Source: Microthyrium microscopicum (taxonomy: Eukaryota). From it: a stretch of DNA of 64,000 nt. The notes beneath the pieces were generated by a model. That model had not been told where the DNA came from, searched no databases, and saw only the letters and a list, made by a program, of their open reading frames with translations. Position numbers and translations under genes: made by a program. This document shows positions 25,974-38,472 of the stretch, piece after piece; positions within the stretch are counted from its first letter, which is position 1; the number at the start of each line of letters is the position of its first letter. The stretch lies in NCBI GenBank assembly GCA_010405405.1, contig MU004231.1, positions 3,708,884 through 3,772,883 of the forward strand, written 5' to 3'.

Positions 25974-28900
25974 TCGACAGCCTTGTTCGGAGACTTTTCC
26001 GACTCAGGGTCTCGTAGGAGGCTGGATAATTCTGTGGAGGTGTAAGACAGGACAAAATCACTTTGCACGATCAGATTCGGATCGGATCGGATCTTGAACG
26101 TCGAACATGCGAAGAATGTGTTTGATTATGTTTCAGCCACTTGCATATTCCAATTCGGTCGACCATACGGATCCAAGTTTCCCTATCGAAGCAAAGAACA
26201 CGCCAGAAGGGGTTTTCCAAAATCGACAGGTCGCATTTGATATACAAGCACAAGCGGTTTGCAACGAGGCGGTGCTGAGGTTTGCCCTTTCGCGGTTTCG
26301 TTAATCGCTCATTGGATGCCTCAGAATTATAAAGTTCGGAGCTTGCATGCGCGTGTGCCCGCATGTTCAAACTCGATTTGGCTTTCAGATTCGATCTTCA
26401 GGGGCACAACTCCACAAGTGGTTTGTACGCATGGGCATTGTTAACTTCAGTCCAACAATTTCAAGCAATACCTACCACAATTGTTAGTACTGTTATCTCT
26501 GTGCTGAACCGTCAGACAAAACAAAGGCAGCTCCCCAGCGTCACCACATCCACAAATGGAACCAAAATTATTTTTATGCTGGGGCTGCGCGTATCACCAA
26601 TTGTAGAACCTGCGTTTCCTGGGTTCGCGCCATCGCGTTGGGATTGATATCGCTGCTAGCCAGGAACATCGTTGTTCGTACTGCTCGGCAAAGAAGCTCA
26701 GATCTGTCAACCTCGAGGCCTGTGTGGTGGTTTAGATTGAGCAGGGAAAGACCTGGTTGACATTTTCGGGAAGCCCTTAACTGTACTTTTCAATTGATAT
26801 GGATGTTTCTCATTGTCAATGCTAGTTGATGATGGGGTAGGGAGTTTAGTAACACCATCAAGGGCTTCTTGTTAGAGCATATAATTCTACCAAGCTGTCG
26901 TATCATTTTCTTATAAGCGTACCGCTGTTTGCTCTGTGCTCTTATATCATTGTTTGATCGCCTGAAAGAACATACTATTTGGGGCCAAATACCAATAAAG
27001 AGGTGTCGTAGTCTCAATTTTCAAGCATTCGGTGTATGATATCCGGAAATAGGTATGATGTGAGTGGTAAGGGAGGGATATGATGATAATGCTACGTAAC
27101 GTAGTCCGAACTACAGTAAAATTTGACACCTTTGTTTAGAGGTGCCTGTAAATGAACTTTGGGGCCAAAGCGACTCGTGAGATTTATGCTAATATATTGC
27201 CCAAGAAACAGTAATCGCAATACGATTACGAACAATTGTATCCTAGTCTCCATAACTAGTATGCTCAACTATGTTCTGCTTATTCTCTTGTGACAATTCA
27301 AGATCTGAACCAAAGTAAGAACAGATTTCAACTTTCATAAACGATTCCTTGCGCCGCTAAGCCATAATACACAATTAAGAGCAGGCAAGCTTGAGCTTTG
27401 AACCATCACCACAATCTAAGACAAAGTCAACGATGTTTATCATGGTTGTAGAACGTTCTACCGTAGGGCCCAACGGATCGTAGTCATACCGAAAGAAGCG
27501 CCGAAACCCTCAAGCCTATCTGCTTAAAAAACAAAGAACAAGATTAAGTAGTACACGATAGCTTGGGCTAAGGAAAAGCCAGTGTAGTTCTGGATCATAA
27601 CGGCTCAACCACAGGGCTGAGACTGATTCAAGAAGCTAAGCAACTAAATCTTAACAAGATCGCACTTATCGCGTGCCTGAAAGTAGTTCACGAACCACGA
27701 AATTATTGAAACCTTTTTGTTTCTCTCGTGGAAAACTGGGGCAAAACGAAACTTTAGATATCCTTACAGCACATCGCTGCATAGGTTCTTCAGCAGAACA
27801 GTGCGTGAACCATCTCACATCCTCTTAGTGCAATTCTGTCTGTTATATCCAAGCGTCGATCAAGAAACGCGTGCTAAAGCGCGTCGTCTAGAGCTCGCAA
27901 CTTCGCAAGCAATATTGTCCAAAAAGATAGGGCAGTTTTCGATCTTTTCCACCGCCAGGTACCCGCCCGCCTCATCATTTATGTGAGTGAAAAATGATGT
28001 ATTTAGGGCTTTCAAGCTGGAGATGGAAGATAATGCGAGTCACAGGCGAAAAGATATCAAGACCGAATTTGCTTGCTTCAGGTGCTGGAATCCTTGACAG
28101 CGAAGGTGGAAAGAAGGAGATAGGATTCTTAACGATTTCTTTTTGCTTCTTTTCGGGTCAAGCGCGTTGAAACGCGGGAAGGATTCAACAAGCCACGCAA
28201 CTGGGGACGGATGGCAAATGGTGCTAAAATGGCGCTATTCAGCACGGGCTTCACTCCAATTGATGCAGGTGCAAAACATTCAAAGAGAATCTGACCCCTG
28301 AGAGCTGGCAAAGGCAGGCTGAGATCAAAATTGCTTTAGGCTTGGCTTGAGCTGCGCAGCCTGTGCTCACCTGCCAATTTACCAAGATTTCAACTCATTT
28401 TTCCTGCCAGCCAGTTTGGCTGTTCCTGTGTGGTGCATTGGTAGCGGGCGATAGCCGTAAAAATGATGGGGCTAGTCGAGATCAAATGGAGATGCGTGTT
28501 CTCCCTGTCCCGATTTGGACGACGGGAAATGGCATGGGGAAATCATCTTGCCAAATGCGGGTTGCGTGAGGATGATGGTGCGAATCTTGGAAAGAAGCAA
28601 TTTGACATGCATGGAGAGGTTCATATTCTTTCATTTTTCGTTTATTCTGGTTAACGTAGATTGGTATTCTTCACGGCTATGCGGCCGTGGTTGTAACCGT
28701 ATTATCCTAGTTGATGGAACGTGGTCTCGTTAAGGATACTGCGCGGTACGTAGCCGAGAGGCTCTGAGTTGAGCCAAGGGCGCGTAGTATCTGATATCAT
28801 GATATATCCAACGATTTCATCACAGTCTAAGGTGGAACAGGTTAGAACTGTTAGATGTTTAAGCATACTCTTCGACAATCCGCTTGCGTATTCATATGAT

Positions 28901-30781
28901 TAATATGGCTATCAACGTTAAAGGAGTGATAGGCCCCATGTGATGATGCGACAGTAGTAGTGGGTCTTGACCCTGAACTAGAAAATATAGAAATTAAGGC
29001 AACGAGTTCCTCCTACCAGGGGCGATTGGCTATGGAGATGCTGATATGAAGGTGGTCTGTGAGATAAAGGGCTGGACCTCAGCAGCAACAGTTGTGAAGC
29101 TTGCCTAAATTTGGCCGGCTCTATCAGAAATGATATTGAAGCATTTGAACGACCGTACAAAACAGTGGATCTTTGTATATGGCCGAAGTGTGTTATACGT
29201 TGAATTAGTTAATAGCAGGACTTTTATATGGTATGGCAATATTGAAATATCTACAATGATTGGGAACACAAATGGCTTTAGTCATGTTGGTGTGAAGGCA
29301 AGCGCTGAGCGACAATTTTTTGAAAAAAAGAAAGACAGCCACACCAAAACGTCTGGCGGGTTGAATTCAAGCAATTGCCAAAGATTATCAACAGCTCAAA
29401 AAGTCTTGGGAGTTGGCAAACTCGATCTCTCCACCAAATCCATACCGTACACCAAGCAGCGCCGTAGTAACACACTGCATGCTCACATATCTTACACCCC
29501 TTCAACCATCAGACACAGAAAACCATAGAGCGCGCGCCATTACCTGAGTCTAGTCTCATTAAGTGCTACTTCTTTGTTCCAATCTTCTTGTTTTCACGCG
29601 TTGCCTTCTACCTTGATACGCTCTGTAGATTACGCTGGGAATTCATCTCAACTTGCTCATATCTCATTCTCTGGAGTATCCAGATTCCAGCGCTTGCCTT
29701 TCCGACCCCTTGCAACGACCCTAGCTGGAATTTATTCGCCTGTAGCCTGTCACGCCTGCCAATTGCTGGACCGTCCCTGCCCGTTTGTTTCCTAAAATTC
29801 CTACACTAAGATTTACCATTGACTGGACCATCCCATCAACCAGACCTGGCAAGAACAAGAACACTCTTTCAACCTTGACCCTCGTCTTCGCCTCCGTCGC
29901 TCCTTCTCACCCTGTCCCTGCTTCTATCTTTCCCAATTATTTTGCATTTCCATCTCACCACCATCAACACCGCCATTCCTTAATCCTCATCTGTCCCGCA
30001 CCCACCAAGAAACAATACAATAATACACCTTTCGCCGCATCAAACTCCTACAATCTACCACTCCAGACTCCAGACTCCCAATACGCCAGGCCATCTGCAT
30101 TGTGCTCTGCATATCCATCCTGCCGCTCTCCGCGAACCATGTCCGCCAAAGCCTACCCTCCTTCACCATCGAGCCAATAAATAACAAATCCACACCTCCT
30201 CTCCGACTCCTCAATTATTTGCTGCTGCAAAGCGCGACTCCCTTTCAACCCGTGTACCACCACCAGAAAGATACCCACTCGACCATCGCCGCTTGCAACC
30301 CGCTCCCTCAACCACTACGCCTGCTGTGCTCTCCTCTCGTCCTATCTACCCCTGGGTGACATCTGCATCTTTGGTCTCTGCTCGTTCCTTTCCAGCTTGT
30401 CCGCCTACACATCCCGCTAAATATCGTTGCACCGGCTTACCACTGCGCCATCTTGCATATTTCTGTCAAGCAGATGCGCCAGACCTTTTCTGCGCTCTCA
30501 ATTGGCCTATATCAATGAAACCTTGTTAGAGTCACTGTACTCTGACTTTCCTTCTCGTTTCGTACCAGTACCTGGCAAGGTAGCACGGATTGCCTACCGG
30601 CTCTATCTGCAACATCAACCATCCTTCCTGCACACCTTCCGCCTCCAAAGCGGTATTACCAGTACTAAATCTGCTGCCGTATCCCGATCAGAAATAATTT
30701 CACGCTTTTATTTCTCTTATGATACTCTCCGGCTTTCCTTCCGACCACTCGGCCGCTACAATTTCCTATCCCGAAAAATAA

Positions 30782-33700
30782 ATGGCTCCAATTGTCAACA
30801 AAGAGCAAGAGGCGCCCTTGGCCGATTATTTCTTCATTGCTGGTATCGAATCGTCACAAGTTTTTGATGAAAAATCATTATCCAATGGCATCAGCTCTCC
30901 AGCTGCAACAACTGTTGAAGCTACAATCGAGGAGAATGAGGTTCTGGAGACTGAAACGAATACAAGGCCTAAATCTGCGGATGGGCCTGTCAATGGGGAT
31001 TCTGGAACTCCAAAGAGAAATTCCAAGATCAACCATGAAACAAGAAGATCGGTGAGCAGCCTTTTGGGCTCAGAGTCACTCACAGCCAGCAACCGAAGCA
31101 GCGCGACCATTAAGGGAGGTCAAGTTCAGGGTACTGGTCTTAATGAGGTCGACTTTGACAATGCATTACGAAAGTTTGCTGCTGAGCGTGAGAGCTTTCT
31201 GGAAGAGATTCACTTTAATGCAGGCGCACCACCAGAGAAATCGAAGCGTAAGAAGTCCAAGGCTCAAAGAATCATGAGTGGAGAAGAGCCGACAAACGCT
31301 TTAAAGAGCAGCGTTGGAAGCCTTCGCCGAAAACTATCAACTATGAACAGCTTGAAACGTCAGCCATCTGTTTTGCGACAAGGTAAGTTGACTTGACGCT
31401 CAACTGGAGACTTCTCTTGTATGGCTGCTAACCTAACTTTCCATAGCTTCAATTCGTACCTCCAAACGTCTGAGCGGATACAATTCCGTGATTCCGGTAC
31501 CACAACCTCTTCAATCCGACCCTAACATGCACCCCTTAAAACGACGATACGAACCTGTACTCTTGGATAGATACCCCCCGAAGAATATGGTGGATGACCT
31601 AAAACGACGTGTGAATTTCCCCGACTATGTACCAATGTTTGCTTTTCCCAACGATGTGACCGTCATCTCCTCTGATGAACGGCCGAGATCCACATGGCAT
31701 GGTTTCGCTATGACAAATGGGGATGGCTCAAGATTATACGGAATATGTGTAATCATGTGGGTTCCGTTGAACGAAAAAGCCTCAGAGGAGCTTGAGAGGC
31801 AGTGCGAAGAATGGAGGAAAAAGAATATGAGCAATGAAGAGCGGGAATTAGCAGCAAGTTTGGGGGAACGCCTTGCCCTGGAGAGAGCGAAGCTTTCGAG
31901 ACTACTCGCGAAATTACCTGCAATACCCGATGGCTCCGAAGAACGGGAGATACTACAAGAAGAGATCAATATGGTTGAAGAGAAGATCACTTTAATGACT
32001 GATTTACTCCGGCCGGTTCGCCATGGGGCAGCATCCAGGATTGATGGCCTTACGGATGGTGGAACTGGGCTCTGGATCCCAAGAGCATTCGGCATTCTTG
32101 GTCGCGATGGCGGCCTCACTAGTTTCTGGAAAGAATGGCTCAAGGCGGTAGTGGTGCCAATGACCAACGGTCAAGTGCTACGGGTTCCTGCAAGCTCTCC
32201 AAGGATAGGAATGTGGCAGCCCCTAGAGCGTTATGTTGTGAATCTGTGCGCAGAGGCTCCTAGTCCGATCAACTCTGCTACACAGGTCGAAATCGCGATA
32301 CGAGAACTTCGACTATATGCCAGAAAGGAAGGCCTTAATGAGATTCCTGGATGCCGCAATGTCGATCTTTATGCTCTTTTCAGGTCATTATCCATACCAA
32401 ACATCGTCACCCTACTCGAGTACGTTCTCAACGAATCTCGAATAATTCTTCTTTCATCACACACGAGCATGCTGCACCTAGTCAGCCACACACTAATCGC
32501 TCTGATATACCCGCTGAAATGGAGCGCAGTTTTCATTCCTGTCCTACCTTCGCGTCTCATTCAAGCTTTGGAAGCACCATGCCCATACATTGTTGGAGTT
32601 GAACGCAGGTATGAGAACCTGGTATTACCAGATGACGATTACGTCCTAGTAGATTTGGACGAGAATGTCATTGAAGCAACAGCACTTCCTGTGGCACTTC
32701 CACGGCAGCAACGACGCAAGCTCATAGCTTTACTTCAACATGCAGCGCAACATCACACACGATATGGTGTGGATGTTGGACCTCCAGAATACGCCAAAGA
32801 GACCTATCCTCATAGTGTCTTCTCTTCCGAAAATCCGTCTGTATTTTCCTCCCGTCCAATCTCTACTCAACTCCCTACCTTGGTCGGTCTCAATTCCGCG
32901 GCCTTTGGTACCTTGACGCCACTCGCTGCTTCGCGACCTAGTGTTTTCAATGCCTTTGCACAAGTAAAAGCTCAAAATAGTCGAGGATCAGATCAGCAAC
33001 GTCCCACCACAAGCTCCACAACTGGTCGTCGGGCATCACCCCCATCCCCACGACTATCTCCAGTATCAGCACAGTTTTCATCTCCCACAACACCAATCAA
33101 TGGACCATTTCACAGCTCATCGACGCCGGTATCTAGAAGCGATTCAGGCTTTTCTTTACAAGCCACACTGCGGGAAAAGCGAAGTGGTCATTTTGACACT
33201 TCATCAAGACGTAGTTCGTCTGTAAGTTGCTACGCTTCTCGTGGAAAGTGCATTACTAACTCTAACCAGTTTGGATTTGATCGAATGCCAACCTCAAGAC
33301 GTCCAAGTCAACCATTCCTACAACATACACATACCCCCTCCACTTCAACGCTCAATAGTGAATGGCGCGCGGCATCAACATATGCTCCTTCAGTATACGC
33401 CCAATCAACGCTGGCAGCTTCTACGGTCATGCCTGGATTACCGGTACAACCTGTAATGAATGCTGCTGTCAAGCAGTGCGTGGAAGGCCATTTGTTGCAG
33501 TTCACACGTGAAGACGACGAGCGGTCTGTCTGCGCGATATGTGACGAGGGTAACCTGGAAACTGACCAAATGGTATACTGCACCGGCTGTACATTAGTCT
33601 GTCATCTACGATGCTCACCTGACATTACCGTTGTGTGTCCGCATGTTTTCCGACCTGATCAGATCAGAGCAGCGTTTGTTCGCACCTTTGCGAGCCTCCT

Positions 33701-34253
33701 ATACACATACCGAAGGTTCCTCTGTTTTGCGGATCCAGGGCAGCGGAAAAATGGCCTGCTCTATTCCTTCAATGCTGATGGATTCCTCCGAAGCATACCT
33801 CATGAATGCCAAACCTTTATGGACATGCTGTTAAAGACGCAAGGTATGTTTTTCTGCTTACTGCCATGATACGAAGCTAACAAATTCACAGCCTTCAACG
33901 AATTCATTCACGAGCGCGAGCTTCAAAAAGAAAAGGAACCATCCGTACGACTGTTTGATCAGATCATCCTTGCAAAGAAAAACAGAGGCAAAAGATCAAC
34001 TCTACTTTTCAGCAAAGTCGCTACCGACTTCCTCTCTGACACGTCGAATCACCTATGGAGAACAGCAGCCACCACTCCACCCAGTGCACGATTTCCCGGC
34101 GACTATCGCCAAGTCATTTCTCGAGTTCCTGCTAAACTCGACACTACGTTGATGAAGGAGCCTCGCGTAATACAAGGCGTTCCACGGATGCCTCGAGGAG
34201 ACTTGAAGCAAAGAAGAAAGCCTGTGCTCTCAGGACTAGGACTAGCAATATGA
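30782..34253 (+). CDS. DENN-domain Rab GEF (uDENN-DENN-dDENN) with C1 zinc finger; introns 31383-31446, 33222-33269, 33844-33891
   Basis: LADYFFIAG, YEPVLLDRYP, VPMFAFP, FIPVLP..LEAPCPYIVG, C1-like H..CAIC..CTGC..HLRC..C and IRAAFVRTFASLL..YRRF motifs. Confidence 0.9.
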
Positions 34254-34916
34254 ACAGCAATGTCATCAGTATCATTGCATATGTTTGGGCTATTTAGGTC
34301 GCATATAGGCATATCTGAGCCTCAGTGCGCTTTTCCTTCTGCCTTTATCATCATGAGCACGGCATTAGTACTAATCACTTGTCCTTTTCTACATCATGGT
34401 TCAACAACAGGACAACAAGGCTATATGACGTTTGCCCCTTTCGATTAGCGCTTTCACAACACCTCATCTCTGCTTTTGTCCAATGTTACTAGTTATGTTT
34501 TATTGCTTTGAGCATCGGCTATTTTTGGAGCATACCCTAGCTTGTTTTTGCGGACCGGACATCTATAATCTCATTAATTTGTTTTGGCTATCATGTCTGA
34601 TGTTCTCTGGCCAAAATCCATCATTTTCCTCCGACGATCTGTCCGTATATCATGGCGGCTGTGTGTAATCTGTTCTACTATTGTTTTATTAGCATATGGA
34701 CCGCTGGACGATGATATTAAACGTCTTTGAAGAATATTAATATTGATGGCATTGGATTCTCAATGCCAAGATGCAATACTTTCTCTAGGGTTCGATGTGA
34801 TTGACTTTGTGACGAATCCATATCATCTTTAGAGCCTTTCCAAGGTCGACTCTTACGCTTCAGAGCCTGGCCTTGCAGTTTTCATGAATATGCATGACTA
34901 AAATTGCACAGAGCCT

Positions 34917-36288
34917 CTAAGAGCTGTTCAAGCCCACCGCCTTTCGAAAACTCCTCCTAAACTCTTCATCTTTCAGTCCCCGTCCCAACAATATCACCTT
35001 CCCCTCAAACACCTCCCCTTTACCAGTGGCCTCACTCTCCGGCCCATCAAACATCTCAAACACCTCCCGTACTCCCTGCAGCAGCTTAACTTCCCCATCC
35101 ACCGTCGATATCCGCCCCTTCAGCCGATGAATCTCAAAGCTCCCTACATCCACCTCGCCTGGCAGCACTGAATCCCACAGCACCTTGCGTAGCCACGCAT
35201 CTAGCGCGTCCAATTGTGTGCTGTTCAGCGGCGGTACGGGGATTGATAGTGTCGACATGGCTGGATCCAAATGACTGTGTCCGCGCGCTGCAAACTCCAG
35301 ATCTTCTGCGCGCACGCTGTCATATGCGTGGAGATCTAGCACTACGCCTTCTAGCGCTGGGACGCGCGCGTGGCTTGTTTTGTGGATGCGGGCTAGGCTG
35401 TTGATTGCGCGGATGCGGGCTTCTACTTTTGCTAGATGGGCGGGTGTTATGGCGTCGGTTTTGTTGAGGACGATTATGTCGGCGTGGGAAATTTGCAGGT
35501 GGGCGGTTGTGAGTTCTGGGCCGGCTGCGTGATGTTCATGCGAGACGGTGGTGTCTGGCGGTGGCTCGTCGAGGGATTTGAGAATGTTGACGGCGTCGAC
35601 GAGGGTGACGATGCCGTCGAGGTAGATGGTGCTGAGGAGACCTTCGTCGACCCAGAATATTGGGGCGATGGCGCCGGGGTCGGCGAGGCCGGTGGTTTCG
35701 AGGAGGATGTAGTCAAATGCGCCGCGGCGGTCCATTAAAGATTCGATGGCGTTGACGCCTTGGTCTCTGAGTTGGATTAGCGGGAGGGTGGTCAGATGGT
35801 GAGTATGGTGGGAGATGTACTTTACGGAGCAGCATATACAGCCGTTGGCGAGTTCGAGCCATTCTTCGACTTGTTCGCCGTCTTTGCTGACCGTGAGGCT
35901 TTTCTCTATGTCGGCGGCTGAGCCGGTCAATTTCTATTTCAAGGGAGTGAAGTCATGAGGATCTTACAGTCGCCGAATTCTGGAATGGTTAGTGTATATT
36001 CTGATCGATATTTCGTTGGGTTCAGATCTAACCATTCAATATCACTGCCACTTTCTTGCCGTGCTTCTCATTCAAGATGTAATTCAGCAGTGTCGTTTTA
36101 CCAGCACCAAGATAGCCTTGCATGAGTTAGTGTTTGAAAGCAGCAGGCCTTAGAATACAACTCTTACCAGTTACTATAGTTATGGGAACCTTAATGATGG
36201 CCATGTCTTCCATAGCAGTGTCTAATCCATCCGTTTGCGTCTGCCCCTGGATATCTACCAGCATTGGAGGCGCATCGTCGTCTTCCAT
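34917..36288 (-). CDS. ZNG1: COG0523/CobW G3E GTPase zinc metallochaperone (Zng1/CBWD); 4 introns including a 12-nt micro-exon at 35968-35979
   Basis: [18 protein letters not shown] (Walker A), AVILNEFGD, GCICC (CxCC), [14 protein letters not shown] and CobW_C HRLKG. Confidence 0.92.
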
Positions 36289-36574
36289 AACGAAAGAGGT
36301 TGGAACCGTTCAGATTCCCAGAAACCCCTAAAAAAGGTAGTAAACTACAGAAGTTGATGTGGTGGTGGCGTAAAATGGAATATCTCGAAGATGTAGAATG
36401 TCCGAGCTTTTTTACCTTATGCGCCCAGTTCACAGTTGAAAGCTCCGCTCCTTCACAACTCATCTCGCCCGTACAACCACATCTTCAACCACTCTTTCTC
36501 CTTTCTCGCCTAACTGATCTCTTACAGCGTCTTTCTGAATTAGATTGGTGCTAACAGCGCGCGTCAAACTCACC

Positions 36575-38401
36575 ATGACTTCTGCCACAATGTCTCCTGG
36601 CTCATCGCCGCGCCTGCCTAGTCCACCCCCTATGGCAGAGGACCAACTTGGACCAAAGTCTCCAATCTCTCATCAGCCTACGGAAGACAATTCTCTAGGT
36701 CCCATTCTACAGCTACCAGATACCGGATCATCGAGAAGAATACGGCCAGGCACAAAGTCATCTGACATGCCAGAAGGTCCTCCTGTTATAGACATATCGG
36801 AGGTAGGTCAATCGCGCATATGACCAGCAGTATTGTCCTGACAATTATAGATCGATACAGCCTACCAACTCACCGAGCATCTTAAAGCCCTCTACAACAC
36901 TGCCATTCATCCCAAAGACACAGCTACTATCGTGCCAATCGATCGTCAAACTGCTATTCGTCTCGCAACACCACCCAAAGATATCGATCGCGCTATATGG
37001 CTATACGAACTATGCCGCTTCCTATGTCAAAAAGTCAATGGCATTATCATCGCACTCTTTGCTGACGAACCACCCTGCTCCGCGCAAACATGCAGCGAAA
37101 TGCGCGCCTCCGAATGGCAATACCTTTGCGCAGTACACGACCCACCGAAGCCTTGCTGCGCTATAGACTATTGCTGCCACACGCTTGATTGGGCAGCCAA
37201 TGTGCTCACATCACAAAAACACTTCCCGAGCCGCATGTCACTAGGTCCTGAGCAAGGCGCGTCGCATCAGCAGATGCGCCAGCTGACGAATATATTCCGG
37301 CGCGTGTATCGCATTTTTGCGCACGCATGGTTCCAGCATCGTGAGATGTTTTGGAAAGTTGAGGGGAAGACTGGTCTTTATGTGTTCTTCAAAACCGTAT
37401 GCGATGTGTATAGTCTCATTCCAGAGGATAACTACACGGTTCCACCAGAAGCTGAAGGACGCGAACCGGCAGAGGATGAAAAGAAGCCAGAAGCACCGGA
37501 GGTTCCATCTATTTTGAGTCGCCCTAAGCAAGACGACGCCAAACGTGAGCCTACATCGTCTGAGTCGACGTCAGATCAACCTATGACTGTCCTTCCTAGC
37601 AGCATGAACCTTGGGCCGAGTCATACCACTAAGAGGCATCGGCAAACGCCCTCTGTTGATGCTGGGGTCATTTCTACGGTTCTGGAGGAGAGCGAGGAAG
37701 ATGATAGCAGGTCTGTTGCTGGTAGCGATATCACAACTCTAGATCTGGGTAGTGGCAGCGAATCTCTGGCAGACTCGTTGGACTCGTTCATTCAGGTTCA
37801 TGCACCGAAGATCGAGACAAGAGAGATTGAAGCTGATGAGCTGTCTCCTGAACTACCGGAGACAGAAGCATTACCTATGGCACTGGAGACGAAGGAGGCA
37901 CCTGAAGAGGGCCATGTGCGCCCCGAAGAAGAATTGTCTGAGCACAATGTGGAGGAGAAGGAAGAAGCTGCTCCCGCTAAGCATACAGAGCCGATTGTTG
38001 AGTCAAAATCGGAGCTGGAAAGCGAGGAGCCCAAACATCATACTCCGACGAAGAAAACCGAGTCAAAGCAGCAAACGCCGAAGAAAAGCGTTGAGGGGGA
38101 GAAACAAGCAGACGATAAGCCAGCAGAGACTATAGCAGCTAAGCCTTCTCCTGTTAAGAGCATACCTAAAGAGATAGGAGAAGCTGCCAACCCAAAGACC
38201 ACCAAGGAGTCCGAGCCATCAACCGCCAGAGAGCCTCAATCTAAAACTGATGGCGGAACTTTGGAACCGGAAGCTGAGGTGAAAAAAGATGCTTCCTCGA
38301 ATGATACTCAACCGGTGGAAGCTGATCACGAGGAAGAGAATGAGAAGCCTCAGCAAGATTCCAAAGACGCTCATGAGACGGCTGAAAAGTCGAGTGTGTA
38401 A
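36575..38401 (+). CDS. mob3: Phocein/MOB4-type MOB protein (STRIPAK subunit) with acidic disordered tail; intron 36803-36850
   Basis: WLYELCRF, CSAQTCSEMRASEWQYLCAVHDPPKPCCAIDYCCHTLD, FPSR and RRVYRIFAHAWFQH match the phocein subfamily signature. Confidence 0.9.
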
Positions 38402-38472
38402 GCGATCCTTATATAATTCTGATACCCATAATGTAAATCTAGTAATCTTCTTGATTCTTGAAGGGTTTGGTC

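Noticed and set aside
28939..29044. GTGATGA...CTGA, possible box C/D snoRNA
   Set aside because: No terminal stem and no guide I could match to rRNA.
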